From Phyllobates terribilis (lineage: Eukaryota), in assembly GCF_046119375.1 (NCBI RefSeq), contig NW_027362762.1, positions 276,396,001 through 276,460,000 on the forward strand: a stretch of DNA of 64,000 nt. The letters run 5' to 3'. Shown piece by piece: positions 1 to 9,989 of this stretch (position 1 is the first letter of the stretch; every line of letters begins with the position of its first letter). A program made the translations under genes and the position numbers. Under the pieces are notes generated by a model. That model worked only from the letters and a program-made list of their open reading frames with translations, had not been told where the DNA came from and made no database searches.

Positions 1-571
1 AACATACCAGCTATTGGCAGAGAAATATATGTGTCAATATGCTTCATGGAACATTTAATGCTTTATTACAATAAATCATTTTCCCTTAATATCTATGCAA
101 ACACACATGATTCTCCTAACTGTGATGGAATTATGTGATGTTTAAACATTGTCATGACTGTAATTTGTTTGTGAGAATATGAATTCAAGTATTTGGCAAT
201 GAATAAATGAGATATTTATTGCTTACCCTAATAACATGAGTTAAAAATATCTTTGTGTAAATTTGACTAGTAATCCTTGTTAAGCTAAACTGGCACTTGT
301 GGATTTATGGGTATGCCAATATATTACAATAATATTGATTTCTGGCACCCAATGTAACTTATTTGAAAGGAGACAAACATAAATGCACGCAATAAATTTC
401 AGATTTAATGATTGGTTCAACAGTGCATCAGATTATGAGTATTTAAAGGGTTAAACAGGTTTCCAGCCCTTATATAAAATACATACTTATACATGTATAT
501 GCATGTACACATTACAAACACATTTACACATACATCCCCAATCCAACATAGTTGGGATGCTGCATAAAATA

Positions 572-2119
572 CACTGCTCAAAAAATAAAGGGAACACTTA
601 AACAACAGAATATAACTTCAAGTAAATCAAACTTCTGTGAAATCAAACTGTCCACTTATGAAGCAACAGGGATTGACAATCAATTTTACATGCTGTTGTG
701 CAAATGGAATAGACAATAGCTGGAAATTATTGGCATTTATCAAGACACACTTAATAAATGAGTGGTTCTGCAGGTGGGGACCACAGACCAAATCTCAGTA
801 CCATTGCTTTCTGGCTGATGTTTTGGTCACTTTTGAATGTTGGTTGTGCTTTCACACTCATGGTAGCATGAGACGGACTCTACAACCCACTGAAGTTGCT
901 CAGGTAGAGCAGCTCATCCAGGATGGCACATCAATGCAAGCTGTGGCCAGAAGGTTTGCTGTGTTTGTCAGCATAGTGTCCAGAGGCTGGAGGCGCTACC
1001 TGGAAACAGGCCAGTACACCAGGAGATGTGGAGGGGGCTGTAGGAGGGCAACAACCCAGCAGCAGGACTGCTACCTCCGTCTTTATGCAAGCAGGAACAG
1101 GAGAAGCACTGCCAGAGCCCTGCAAAATGACCTACAGCAGGCCACAAATGTGCATGTGTCTGCACAAACGGTTAGAACCTGACTCCATGAGGGCGGAATG
1201 AGGGCCCAATGTCCACAGATGGGGGTTGTGCTCACAGTCCAACACCGTGCAGGATGCCTGGCATTTGCCACAGAACACCAGGATTGGCAAAGTTGTGGCA
1301 CAGATGAAAGCAGGTTTACACTGAGCACATGTGACAGACGTGACAGAGTCTAGAGACGCTGTGAAGAGTGATCTGCTGCCTACAACATCCTTCAGCATGA
1401 CCGGTTTGGCAGTGGGTCAGTAATGGTGTGGGGTGGCATTTCTTTGGAGGGCCACACAGCCCTCCATGTGCTCGCCAGAGGTAGCCTGACTGCCATTAGG
1501 TACCGAGATGAGATCCTCAGACCCCTTGTGAGACCATATGCTGGTGCGGTTGGCCCTGGGTTCCTCCTAATGCAGGACAATGACAAACCTCATGTGGCTG
1601 GAGTGTGTCAGCAGTTCCTGCAAGATGAATGCATTGAAGCTATGGACTGGCCCATCCGTTCCCCAGATCTGAATCCGATTGAGCACATCTGGGACATCAT
1701 GTCTCGCTCCATCCACCAACGTCACATTGCACCACAGACTGTCCAGGAGTTGGCTAGTCCAGGTCTGGGAGGAGATCCCACAGGAGACCATCCGCAACCT
1801 CATCAGGAGCATGCCCGGGCATTGTAGTGAGGTCATATAGACACATGGAGGCCACACACAATACTGAGCCTCATTTGTTTTAAGGACATTACATCAAAGT
1901 TGGATCAGCCTGTAGCGTGTTTTTCCATTTTAATTTTGGGGGTAACTCCAAATCCAGGCCTCCATTGGTTAATAAATTTGATTTCCATTGATGATTTTTG
2001 TGTGATTCCGTTGTAAGCACATTCAATTCTGTACAGAACAAAGTATTCACTGAGAATATTTCATCCATTCAGATCTAGGATGTGTTATTTGAGTGTTCCC
2101 TATATTTTTTTGAGCAGTG
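572..2119 (+). mobile_element. Tc1/mariner DNA transposon, transposase disrupted
   Basis: TA|CACTGCTCAAAAAATAAAGGGAACACT at the left and AGTGTTCCCTATATTTTTTTGAGCAGTG|TA at the right form TIRs with a TA TSD. ORF pieces give the paired-like HTH ([20 protein letters not shown]) and the DD34E region (MVWGGIS...MQDN...[16 protein letters not shown]). Confidence 0.93.
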
Positions 2120-2470
2120 TATAATAAAAACAAAAATAAAATGATTTAGAAATCTCTTATAATGGTATTTTATTCACAACAGAGCATAGAACACATATCA
2201 ATAGTTGATAGTCACTTTTCCATTACATTTAAAAAATTTACTCATTTAGAAATTGATGAAAGCAACACATCTCAAAAAACTTGGGACATGGTTAATAAAA
2301 GGCATGAAAAGTATATGGTACTAATGAAAAATAACTGAAGCAACATTTTTAATCACGTCACAAGACTGTGTATAAGAAGATCATGTTAGTAAAGCAGGGT
2401 TTCTCTGAAGCAAACATAGTCAGAGTTTCACCAAATATGCTTATTTTTTAATTGCTTTCATTTTTAAAAA

Positions 2471-2898
2471 TCCTTAAAGGGTTGATTGTGACTTGTAAGT
2501 TCGCTGCTTCCAATAGGTGGCGCTATAGCGCTCAAGTCCTCTTTTTCTTTGAAGAGGCAATTTGCATATTAAATTTCCCAGAGGAGCACTGCACGGCGAA
2601 TAAGCCTCCTTACTTGGACATGCAAGAGCCGGTATGTCACTCTCCACAAGGAGAAACGTTAGCCCTTAGACCTCAGTCCTGAGCCTCTCATCTAGTCAAA
2701 TCAGTTCTCATACTTTGCATTGATGAGGGCCAACAGCCCGAAACACCATGTCTGCAAATTGAGATTCTGATTTGGCTTTTATCCTAAGTCATATAGCATG
2801 ACTTGTTAAAGGGTTGATTGTGACTTATAGAATTGCTGCTTCCAATAGGTGGCGCTATAGAGTTCAAGTCCTCTTTTCTCTGACAAGGCAATTTGCAA
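2471..2898 (+). mobile_element. Hammerhead-containing short element (retrozyme / Penelope-associated type), about 1.3 units of a 332-bp monomer
   Basis: A ~95-bp direct repeat starts at 2474 and again at 2806 (TTAAAGGGTTGATTGTGACTT...GGCAATTTGCA). A hammerhead lies between the repeats. A possible 11-bp TSD ATTTTTAAAAA sits at 2460-2470 and 2899-2909 (low complexity). Confidence 0.65.
2697..2774 (+). ncRNA. Type I hammerhead ribozyme (U3 core variant)
   Basis: Stem I CAAATCAG-TCTCA-TTTGCA pairs with TGCAAA-TGAGA-CTGATTTG. Core TTGATGA at 2720-2726; stem II GGGC/CAACA/GCCC; GAAA at 2740-2743; stem III ACA/CCA/TGT; GUC triplet at 2750-2752. Confidence 0.8.
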
Positions 2899-2989
2899 AT
2901 TTTTAAAAAACTATTTGAAATGAGAAAAGGGGGACGAATTAAACTTGAAGTAGATGCTGACCACATACAGGGTATTGGTGTACTCATGA

Positions 2990-3350
2990 GAAATTGGGTA
3001 ACAAACAATGTGGTCTATTATCCCTTTTGAAAATTAAGAACTTGGGGCTAAAACAATATTTTAGTGGAATAAATGTCATTTTTAATTTTTATAGCCCAAT
3101 GTTAAATAATCCCATCAATCATCTGTGGTTTTAAAATGCTTATTACACCTCTAGATAAATTCCTTTAGGGTTGCAGTTTCCAAATCGGTTCAAATCTGGC
3201 GGGTTTCTGCTGTTTTGGCATTTCAGAGGCTCTGATAATTTGACATGGCATCAGTAATTTATTCGAGCAAAAATCAAGTTCCAAAAGTCAAATTGCGCTC
3301 CTTCCCTTCCAAGCTCTGAAGAGTGACCAAACAGTAGTTGATGACAATAC
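2990..3350. repeat. Degenerate interspersed repeat that is the target of hAT copy 1; resumes at 14259-15044
   Basis: Motifs (CACCTCTAGATAAATTCC, GGGGCTAAAACAA, ACTCAGGAGAAATTG) are shared with 14259-15044 and 41500-43198. The sequence reads continuously across the hAT TSD. Confidence 0.6.
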
Positions 3351-4263
3351 TAGAGATGAGCGTTGTTCTACTCGAACTGTTCGCCAATCTCAAATTCGAG
3401 CTGTTTTGGGCGGTGTTCGAGCCGGTCGGCGAACACGAACAATTTGAGAAAAATTTGGCTGTTCGAGGTTATGTTCGATAACTGTTCGTGCACCAAAATC
3501 ATAACTGGATTTTTTCTCAGTAATGATGAAAATTAATGTTAATACGCAGTTTGAGTGTACAGCGGGGGGAGGGGCAGGGGATGGATCTCTGCAGGAACAA
3601 TGAAGATCTCCATTTTTTTTTCTCTTTCCCGCATTTGCAGTGGGGAGGTGCAATTTGTCAGCCTATCAGCAGCGCACACACGGAGCGAAGTGCTTTTTTT
3701 CACACAAGCAAGGGCATGTGTGATTGGCAGTGTATGTCACATGTCCTTGCCCTATAAGACCAAGCCATTTTCCCCGTCGCCACCATTTTCTCACTGCTGC
3801 AGCTGCGTGTTAGACGGCACCGCTGTTGCTGTGTGCGCTATACCTTGTTAATTTCAAGCCAATTTTCGCACAAATATACAGATAGCTTGGGAGTAGGGAA
3901 TAGTTGTGATTGCAGTCCTTTTAAGGACTAGGTTACAGCATTTCCTACGACTTTTATCAGGCAGGTCTGTGCTCTTAAATAGATAGATTGTGGGAGTAAA
4001 GACTAATTGTAATTGGAGTCCTTTTCAGGACTAGGTTACATCAGTTCCTATCAGTTTTTGCCAGGCAGGTCTGTGCCAGTGCTGTGCAAGTTTTTTTCAC
4101 AGCATTTGGCTGAATCTAGCAAAGCTAATCCTTTTTGGCCTATTGCAGAGTGTGTTAGTCAGTGGAGTAGCCTATCTGTGTTGCAAGATATACCACCTGT
4201 GTATAGAATACCAATTTTTTTACTGCACCTAGTGAAGTAAAATCTTTTGGGCATAGCATCATT

Positions 4264-5980
4264 CTATTAGTCCATCTATACTGACCTCCATCAGGTTGCA
4301 AACTGAATATAATTTTTTTCTGCATCTAGCTCTGAAAAAATATTTGGGCTTCTAGCGGTGTGTGGGACTTGGTCTATTAGTCCGTCTATACTGACCTCCA
4401 TCAGGTTGCAAATTAAAAATAATTTTTTTCTTCATTTATCTCTGAAAAAATATTTGGGCTTCTAGCAGCGTGTGGGACTTGTTCTATTAGTCCATCTATA
4501 CTGACCTCCATCAGGTTGCAAATTAAAAATAATTTTTTTCTTCATTTATCTCTGAAAAAATATTTGGGCTTCTAGCAGCGTGTGGGACTTGTTCTATTAG
4601 TCCATCTATACTGACCTCCATCAGGTTGCAAATTAAAAATAATTTTTTTCTGCATCTAGCTCTGAAAAAATATTTGGGCTTCTAGCAGTGTGTGGGACTT
4701 GGTCTATTAGTCCATCTATACTGACCTCCATCAGGTTGCAAATTAAAAATATTTTTTTTCTGCATCTAGCTCTGAAAAAATATTTTGGCTTCCAGCAGTG
4801 TGTGGGACTTGGTCTTTTAGTCCATCTATACTGACCTCCATCAGGTTGCAAATTGAATAAAAAAAAATTCTGCATCTAGCTCTGAAAAAATATTTGGGCT
4901 TCTAGTAGTGTGTGGGACTTGGTCTATTAGTCCATCTATACTGACCTCCATCAGGTTGCAAATTAAAAATAATTTTTTTCTTCATTTATCTCTGAAAAAA
5001 TATTTGGGCTTCTAGCAGCGTGTGGGACTTGTTCTATTAGTCCATCTATACTGACCTCCATCAGGTTGCAAATTAAAAATAATTTTTTTCTGCATCTAGC
5101 TCTGAAAAAATATTTGGGCTTCTAGCAGTGTGTGGGACTTGGTCTATTAGTCCATCTATACTGACCTCCATCAGGTTGCAAATTAAAAATAATTTTTTTC
5201 TGCATCTAGCTCTGAAAAAATATTTGGGCTTCTAGCAGTGTGTGGGACTTGGTCTATTAGTCCATCTATACTGACCTCCATCAGGTTGCAAATTAAAAAT
5301 AATTTTTTTCTTCATTTATCTCTGAAAAAATATTTGGGCTTCTAGCAGCGTGTGGGACTTGTTCTATTAGTCCATCTATACTGACCTCCATCAGGTTGCA
5401 AATTAAAAATAATTTTTTTCTGCATCTAGCTCTGAAAAAATATTTGGGCTTCTAGCAGTGTGTGGGACTTGGTCTATTAGTCCATCTATACTGACCTCCA
5501 TCAGGTTGCAAATTAAAAATAATTTTTTTCTGCATCTAGCTCTGAAAAAATATTTGGGCTTCTAGCGGTGTGTGGGACTTGGTCTATTAGTCCATCTATA
5601 CTGACCTCCATCAGGTTGCAAATTAAAAATAATTTTTTTCTGCATCTAGCTCTGAAAAAATATTTGGGCTTCTAGCAGTGTGTGGGACTTGGTCTATTAG
5701 TCCATCTATACTGACCTCCATCAGGCTGCAAATTAAAAATAATTTTTTTCTGCATCTAGCTCTGAAAAAATATTTGGGCTTCTAGCAGTGTGTGGGACTT
5801 GGTCTATTAGTCCATCTATACTGACCTCCATCAGGTTGCAAATTAAAAATAATTTTTTTCTTCATTTATCTCTGAAAAAATATTTGGGCTTCTAGCAGCG
5901 TGTGGGACTTGTTCTATTAGTCCATCTATACTGACCTCCATCAGGTTGCAAATTAAAAATAATTTTTTTCTGCATCTAGC
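4264..5980 (+). repeat. 110-bp tandem array (~15.6 units) inside hAT copy 1
   Basis: Unit TAGTCCATCTATACTGACCTCCATCAGGTTGCAAATTAAAAATAATTTTTTTCTGCATCTAGCTCTGAAAAAATATTTGGGCTTCTAGCAGTGTGTGGGACTTGGTCTAT repeats with period 110. Confidence 0.97.
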
Positions 5981-6094
5981 CCAGCCAATAGTTTTGGCCT
6001 AATACCACAGTTTGGCCACTCAGCTCTGCTCGGTTACCATCCATTGTTTTTTTGTGCAAACAACTCCAGAGTTGTGAATTAGTTAACCACCAAA

Positions 6095-9000
6095 ATGAGT
6101 GGAAAAAGGCCTGCTGCTGGTGGAAAGGGGAATAGGCGTGTTGGGAAGGGGAAAAAAGGTTGTGTCCGTGGGGTAGGTGCAGAAGAAAGACCATCTTCCA
6201 GCCAAACTAAAATGTCTACTTCTTTTAGCGGACAATGTGATAAGATCCCTTTCTTACGGCCACGCCAATCGCTACAAATTCCAGATGAGGCACAAAAACA
6301 GCAGGTGCTTCAACGGATATCAAGTGCTCCTTTACGTGGGCTCTCCTCCACATCAACTTCAACATCACAAATACTCCAGTCCTCAAAGGTGTCACCCAAA
6401 TCGCACTTGCTTCCTCACAGCTCCCAAATCTCCAGCTGCCCGTCTGAGTATGAGGTAGAACAGATGGTTGAGTCTGCAGAGCTGTTTACTCATACTATAG
6501 CCTGGGAATCAGAGGTCGACTCCAGCGCTTCTGTGAATCCAGACGAGGAAATCATCTGCACTGATGCCCAGAATCTTTATGAGTCGGATCCAGGACCAGA
6601 CGCAGAAGGTTCTGACCATAATGTAGACCCTCATTCCCAAACTGTAACTCCTGTTGGTGGAGACAATGAGGAAGACGATGATAAGACTCAAATACCTGAT
6701 TGGAGTGACAACTTTAGTTTTTTGTCAGGGCAGGAACAGGTTGGCTCTGAGGACGACGGGTGTGATAACGCACAGGGTGATGATGATGAGGTCGGAGATC
6801 CCACTTACTGTCAACCCACAGTCAGCCAAGAGATGAGGTCAGCAGAGGAGGTGGAGGAAGATGCTAGTGACGACGAGGTCAGGTTGCGCCTTCCTGGACA
6901 GAGACGTAGTACTGGAAGCACGTCAACAACTGCATCCTCAAACACAACTCTGCCTCTCACCACAAGTCGTGGTGGCTCTTCAGGTCGCATGGGTGCTAAG
7001 CCTTGCATAGCCTGGGCATTTTTTCAGATCGATAAAGATGACCCAACTCGTGTTATCTGTAACATTTGTCAGCAAAAGCTAAGTAGAGGCCAAAAAATAC
7101 ATAGTTTGAGTACTTCATGCATGAACCGGCACATGGACATGAAGCATAAGTTGCAGTGGGAAGCTCAGTGTGCTACAATGCGGCCTAGACGGCCGGGCCA
7201 ATCACCGTCTGCCATATCTTGTGCATCCGTGGCCTCTTCATCCTCTGTGACTGGGGGGACAGCAGTCACACCTGTTTTGGGGCGCAGACCTGCCATCTCT
7301 TTACCCGCAACAGCCAGCGTGATTGGCAGGTCATCATTTTCTTTGGAGGTGGTAACACCAGCTGGTGTTGAGCGCTGTCCGACATCGATAGCACCACCTT
7401 TGGATCAAGGCAACCTAACATGTCCGCCTGCATCTTCCTCACAGACCGGCAGTTTGCCGGGGACACCCTTATCAACCCCGTCTAAGCACAATAGCCAGCC
7501 CTCGGTCCCTCAGATGTGGACAAGTAAAAGACCATTTCCTCCTAGCCATGAGAAAGCTAAGAGGTTGAATTTCACCATCTGCAAGCTCTTGGCTACAGAA
7601 ATGCTGCCTTTCCGCCTGGTGGACACAGAGGATTTTCGAGACCTTATATCCGTCGCAGTGCCCCAGTACCAGATGCCCAGTCGGCACTACTTCTCAAAGA
7701 AAGGTGTGCCTGCGCTCCACCAGCATGTCGCACACAACATCACCGCTTCTTTGAGAAACTCTGTGTGTGACAGGGTGCATTTCACCACAGACACTTGGAC
7801 GAGTAGGCATGGACAGGGGCGTTACATGTCGCTGACTGGGCACTGGGTAACTATGGTGACAGCAGGACAAGGGGATGCTGTCCAAGTCTTGCCGTCCCCA
7901 CGAGTTGTGTGTCAATCCTCTTTATGTCAAAGTTCCTCCACTGCTTCTGCCTCCTCAACCTCCTCTCGGTCTTCCACCTGCACCCAAAGCCTGTCTGGTC
8001 ATGCCACAAGCTTTCTAACTGCGCAGAAGGGATCCTGCACACCTCCTTACTATGCTGGCAGTAGGGCTCAACGTCATCAGGCGGTTTTTACATTGAAATG
8101 TCTGGGAAATGTGAGTCACACAGCTGAGGAGTTGTGGTCAGCTCTGGAGAACCAATTTCATGAATGGTTGTCTTCACTGGACCTGAAACCAGGGAAGGCC
8201 GTGTGCGACAATGCTGCAAACCTGGGTGCGGCCCTTCGCCGGGGCAATGTCACACACGTGCCTTGTATGGCTCACGTGTTGAACCTGGTTGTCCAGCAAT
8301 TTTTAGCCCACTATCCCAGACTAGATGGCCTTCTGCAGAGGGCACGGTCGCTGTGTGCTCACTTCCGCCGTTCGCATCCCGCAGCTCAGCGACTTACATC
8401 TCTACAGAAGTCGTTGGGCCTGCCACTTCACCGGCTAAAATGCTATGTGCCTACCCGGTGGAATTCAACTCTGCACATGTTGCAGCGACTGTGGCAGCAC
8501 CGACAAGCCCTGGTGCAATACATTCTGACGTATAGCCTGGGCCAACGAGATTCAGAGGTGGGGCAAATCACGCTGGAGGAGTGGTCTCAGATCAGGAACC
8601 TATGCACCCTTCTGCACAGTTTTGAAATGGCGACGAAGATGTTTAGTGCTGACGATGCCATTATCAGCATGACTATTCCGGTGATTTACATGCTGGAGCA
8701 CATGTTAAACAGAATTCGGAGTCAGGTGGTGGCACAAGAGGAGGTGGAGGAAGTAGAGGAGGAGGAGTTGTATGCGGAAGGGCTAACATCTGCAAGGTCC
8801 AGACGGTCGGCAGCACCAAGGCGGCAGGCATGTGAGGGTGGGGGAGATGGTTTTACCAGGGCGCATGGTAGCAGCCAAACTAGTGAGGAAGGTGCAGGAG
8901 CCCAGGAAGAAGTGGAGGACGAACTGATGGAAGACTCATCAGATGAGGGAGACCTTGATCACATTTCTGTTGTGCGAGGTTGGGGGGAGAGGACAGAGGA

Positions 9001-9775
9001 AGGAAGCATGATTGTTACCTCGCCACCAACACAACAGGGACTTGGTGCTCCTGGATGCGCAACACACATGAGTGCCTTCTTGCTGCACTACCTGCAACAT
9101 GACCCTCGAATTGTGAGAATTAGAAATAATCCTGACTACTGGGTTGCCACACTGTTAGATCCCCGGTACAAAAGTAAATTTGCAGAAATTATTCCTGCCA
9201 TAGAAAGGGATGCACGCATGCAGGAGTATCAGCAGAGACTGTTGCAGAATCTTACATGTGCTTTTCCACAAAATACCAGTGGTGCACGTAGTGAATCTCA
9301 CAGTTCCAACTTGCCAACCGTGGGACCGTCAAGTGTTCAGCACTCAAACCGTAACAGAACCACAGTATCTGCTGGTAACATCAATTTTGCGGAATCATTT
9401 CACCACTTTTTTAGCCCATCCTTTGCAAGGCCACAGGAGACAAGAAGTCTGACACATAGTCAACGCCTAGAGACGATGGTACAGGAGTATCTCCAAGTAA
9501 ACATTGAAGCCACGACTGTGTCACTGGACCCTTGCTCTTTTTGGGCTTCCAATCTGGATAAATGGCCGGAGCTAGCCACTTACGCCTTGGAGATCTTGTC
9601 ATGCCCCGCAGCCAGCGTTCTGTCTGAACGTGTGTTCAGCGCTGCTGGTGGTGTGCTGACAGATAAGCGCACGCGGCTCTCCACTGATAATGTAGACAGA
9701 CTCACGTTCATAAAGATGAACAAATCATGGATCCGAAACGACTTTTCTACCCCTGTGTCATCCTGGGGAGAGTAA
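6095..9775 (+). CDS. hAT transposase, 1226 aa (BED finger, DDE core, C-terminal dimerization domain; ZBED-like)
   Basis: BED finger AWAFF..CNIC..RHMDMKH; FTTDTWTS (D566), VCDNAAN (D705), CMAH (CxxH), PTRWNST, SERVFS (E1178), then the TDKRTRLS dimerization motif. No stops. Confidence 0.95.
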   Translation: MSGKRPAAGGKGNRRVGKGKKGCVRGVGAEERPSSSQTKMSTSFSGQCDKIPFLRPRQSLQIPDEAQKQQVLQRISSAPLRGLSSTSTSTSQILQSSKVSPKSHLLPHSSQISSCPSEYEVEQMVESAELFTHTIAWESEVDSSASVNPDEEIICTDAQNLYESDPGPDAEGSDHNVDPHSQTVTPVGGDNEEDDDKTQIPDWSDNFSFLSGQEQVGSEDDGCDNAQGDDDEVGDPTYCQPTVSQEMRSAEEVEEDASDDEVRLRLPGQRRSTGSTSTTASSNTTLPLTTSRGGSSGRMGAKPCIAWAFFQIDKDDPTRVICNICQQKLSRGQKIHSLSTSCMNRHMDMKHKLQWEAQCATMRPRRPGQSPSAISCASVASSSSVTGGTAVTPVLGRRPAISLPATASVIGRSSFSLEVVTPAGVERCPTSIAPPLDQGNLTCPPASSSQTGSLPGTPLSTPSKHNSQPSVPQMWTSKRPFPPSHEKAKRLNFTICKLLATEMLPFRLVDTEDFRDLISVAVPQYQMPSRHYFSKKGVPALHQHVAHNITASLRNSVCDRVHFTTDTWTSRHGQGRYMSLTGHWVTMVTAGQGDAVQVLPSPRVVCQSSLCQSSSTASASSTSSRSSTCTQSLSGHATSFLTAQKGSCTPPYYAGSRAQRHQAVFTLKCLGNVSHTAEELWSALENQFHEWLSSLDLKPGKAVCDNAANLGAALRRGNVTHVPCMAHVLNLVVQQFLAHYPRLDGLLQRARSLCAHFRRSHPAAQRLTSLQKSLGLPLHRLKCYVPTRWNSTLHMLQRLWQHRQALVQYILTYSLGQRDSEVGQITLEEWSQIRNLCTLLHSFEMATKMFSADDAIISMTIPVIYMLEHMLNRIRSQVVAQEEVEEVEEEELYAEGLTSARSRRSAAPRRQACEGGGDGFTRAHGSSQTSEEGAGAQEEVEDELMEDSSDEGDLDHISVVRGWGERTEEGSMIVTSPPTQQGLGAPGCATHMSAFLLHYLQHDPRIVRIRNNPDYWVATLLDPRYKSKFAEIIPAIERDARMQEYQQRLLQNLTCAFPQNTSGARSESHSSNLPTVGPSSVQHSNRNRTTVSAGNINFAESFHHFFSPSFARPQETRSLTHSQRLETMVQEYLQVNIEATTVSLDPCSFWASNLDKWPELATYALEILSCPAASVLSERVFSAAGGVLTDKRTRLSTDNVDRLTFIKMNKSWIRNDFSTPVSSWGE

Positions 9776-9989
9776 AAGCTTGATGATTGGTTAAAATCAC
9801 CCTACCAACCGTTTTAAGCTTTCAAATTACTAATCATGTTTATCTGTATCTTGACTGGAAAATAATTTGGGCTTTGTAGCAGTGTGCAGCACTGATCCTA
9901 TTAGGCCATCTATAATAAGCTTCACCAGATTTAAAATTAAAAATAATTTTTAGCTGCATCTAGCCCGGAAAATAATTTTGGGGCTCCGA

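Noticed and set aside
4264-4373. 110-bp unit derived from antisense 18S rRNA
   Set aside because: Only short scattered matches (TTTTT..CTGCA, TATT.G.GCT, GACTTG) in AT-rich sequence. Not supportable without a significance-tested alignment.
4264-5980. Tandem array as a CRISPR array or a coding repeat
   Set aside because: Units are contiguous with no unique spacers and no cas genes. The period 110 is not a multiple of 3, so ORFs over the arrays (e.g. 39869-40420, 39933-40364) are artefacts.
6095-9775. Domesticated ZBED host gene
   Set aside because: It is bounded by TIRs and a TSD and is multicopy with a nonsense allele, so it behaves as a transposon ORF; no gene symbol was assigned.
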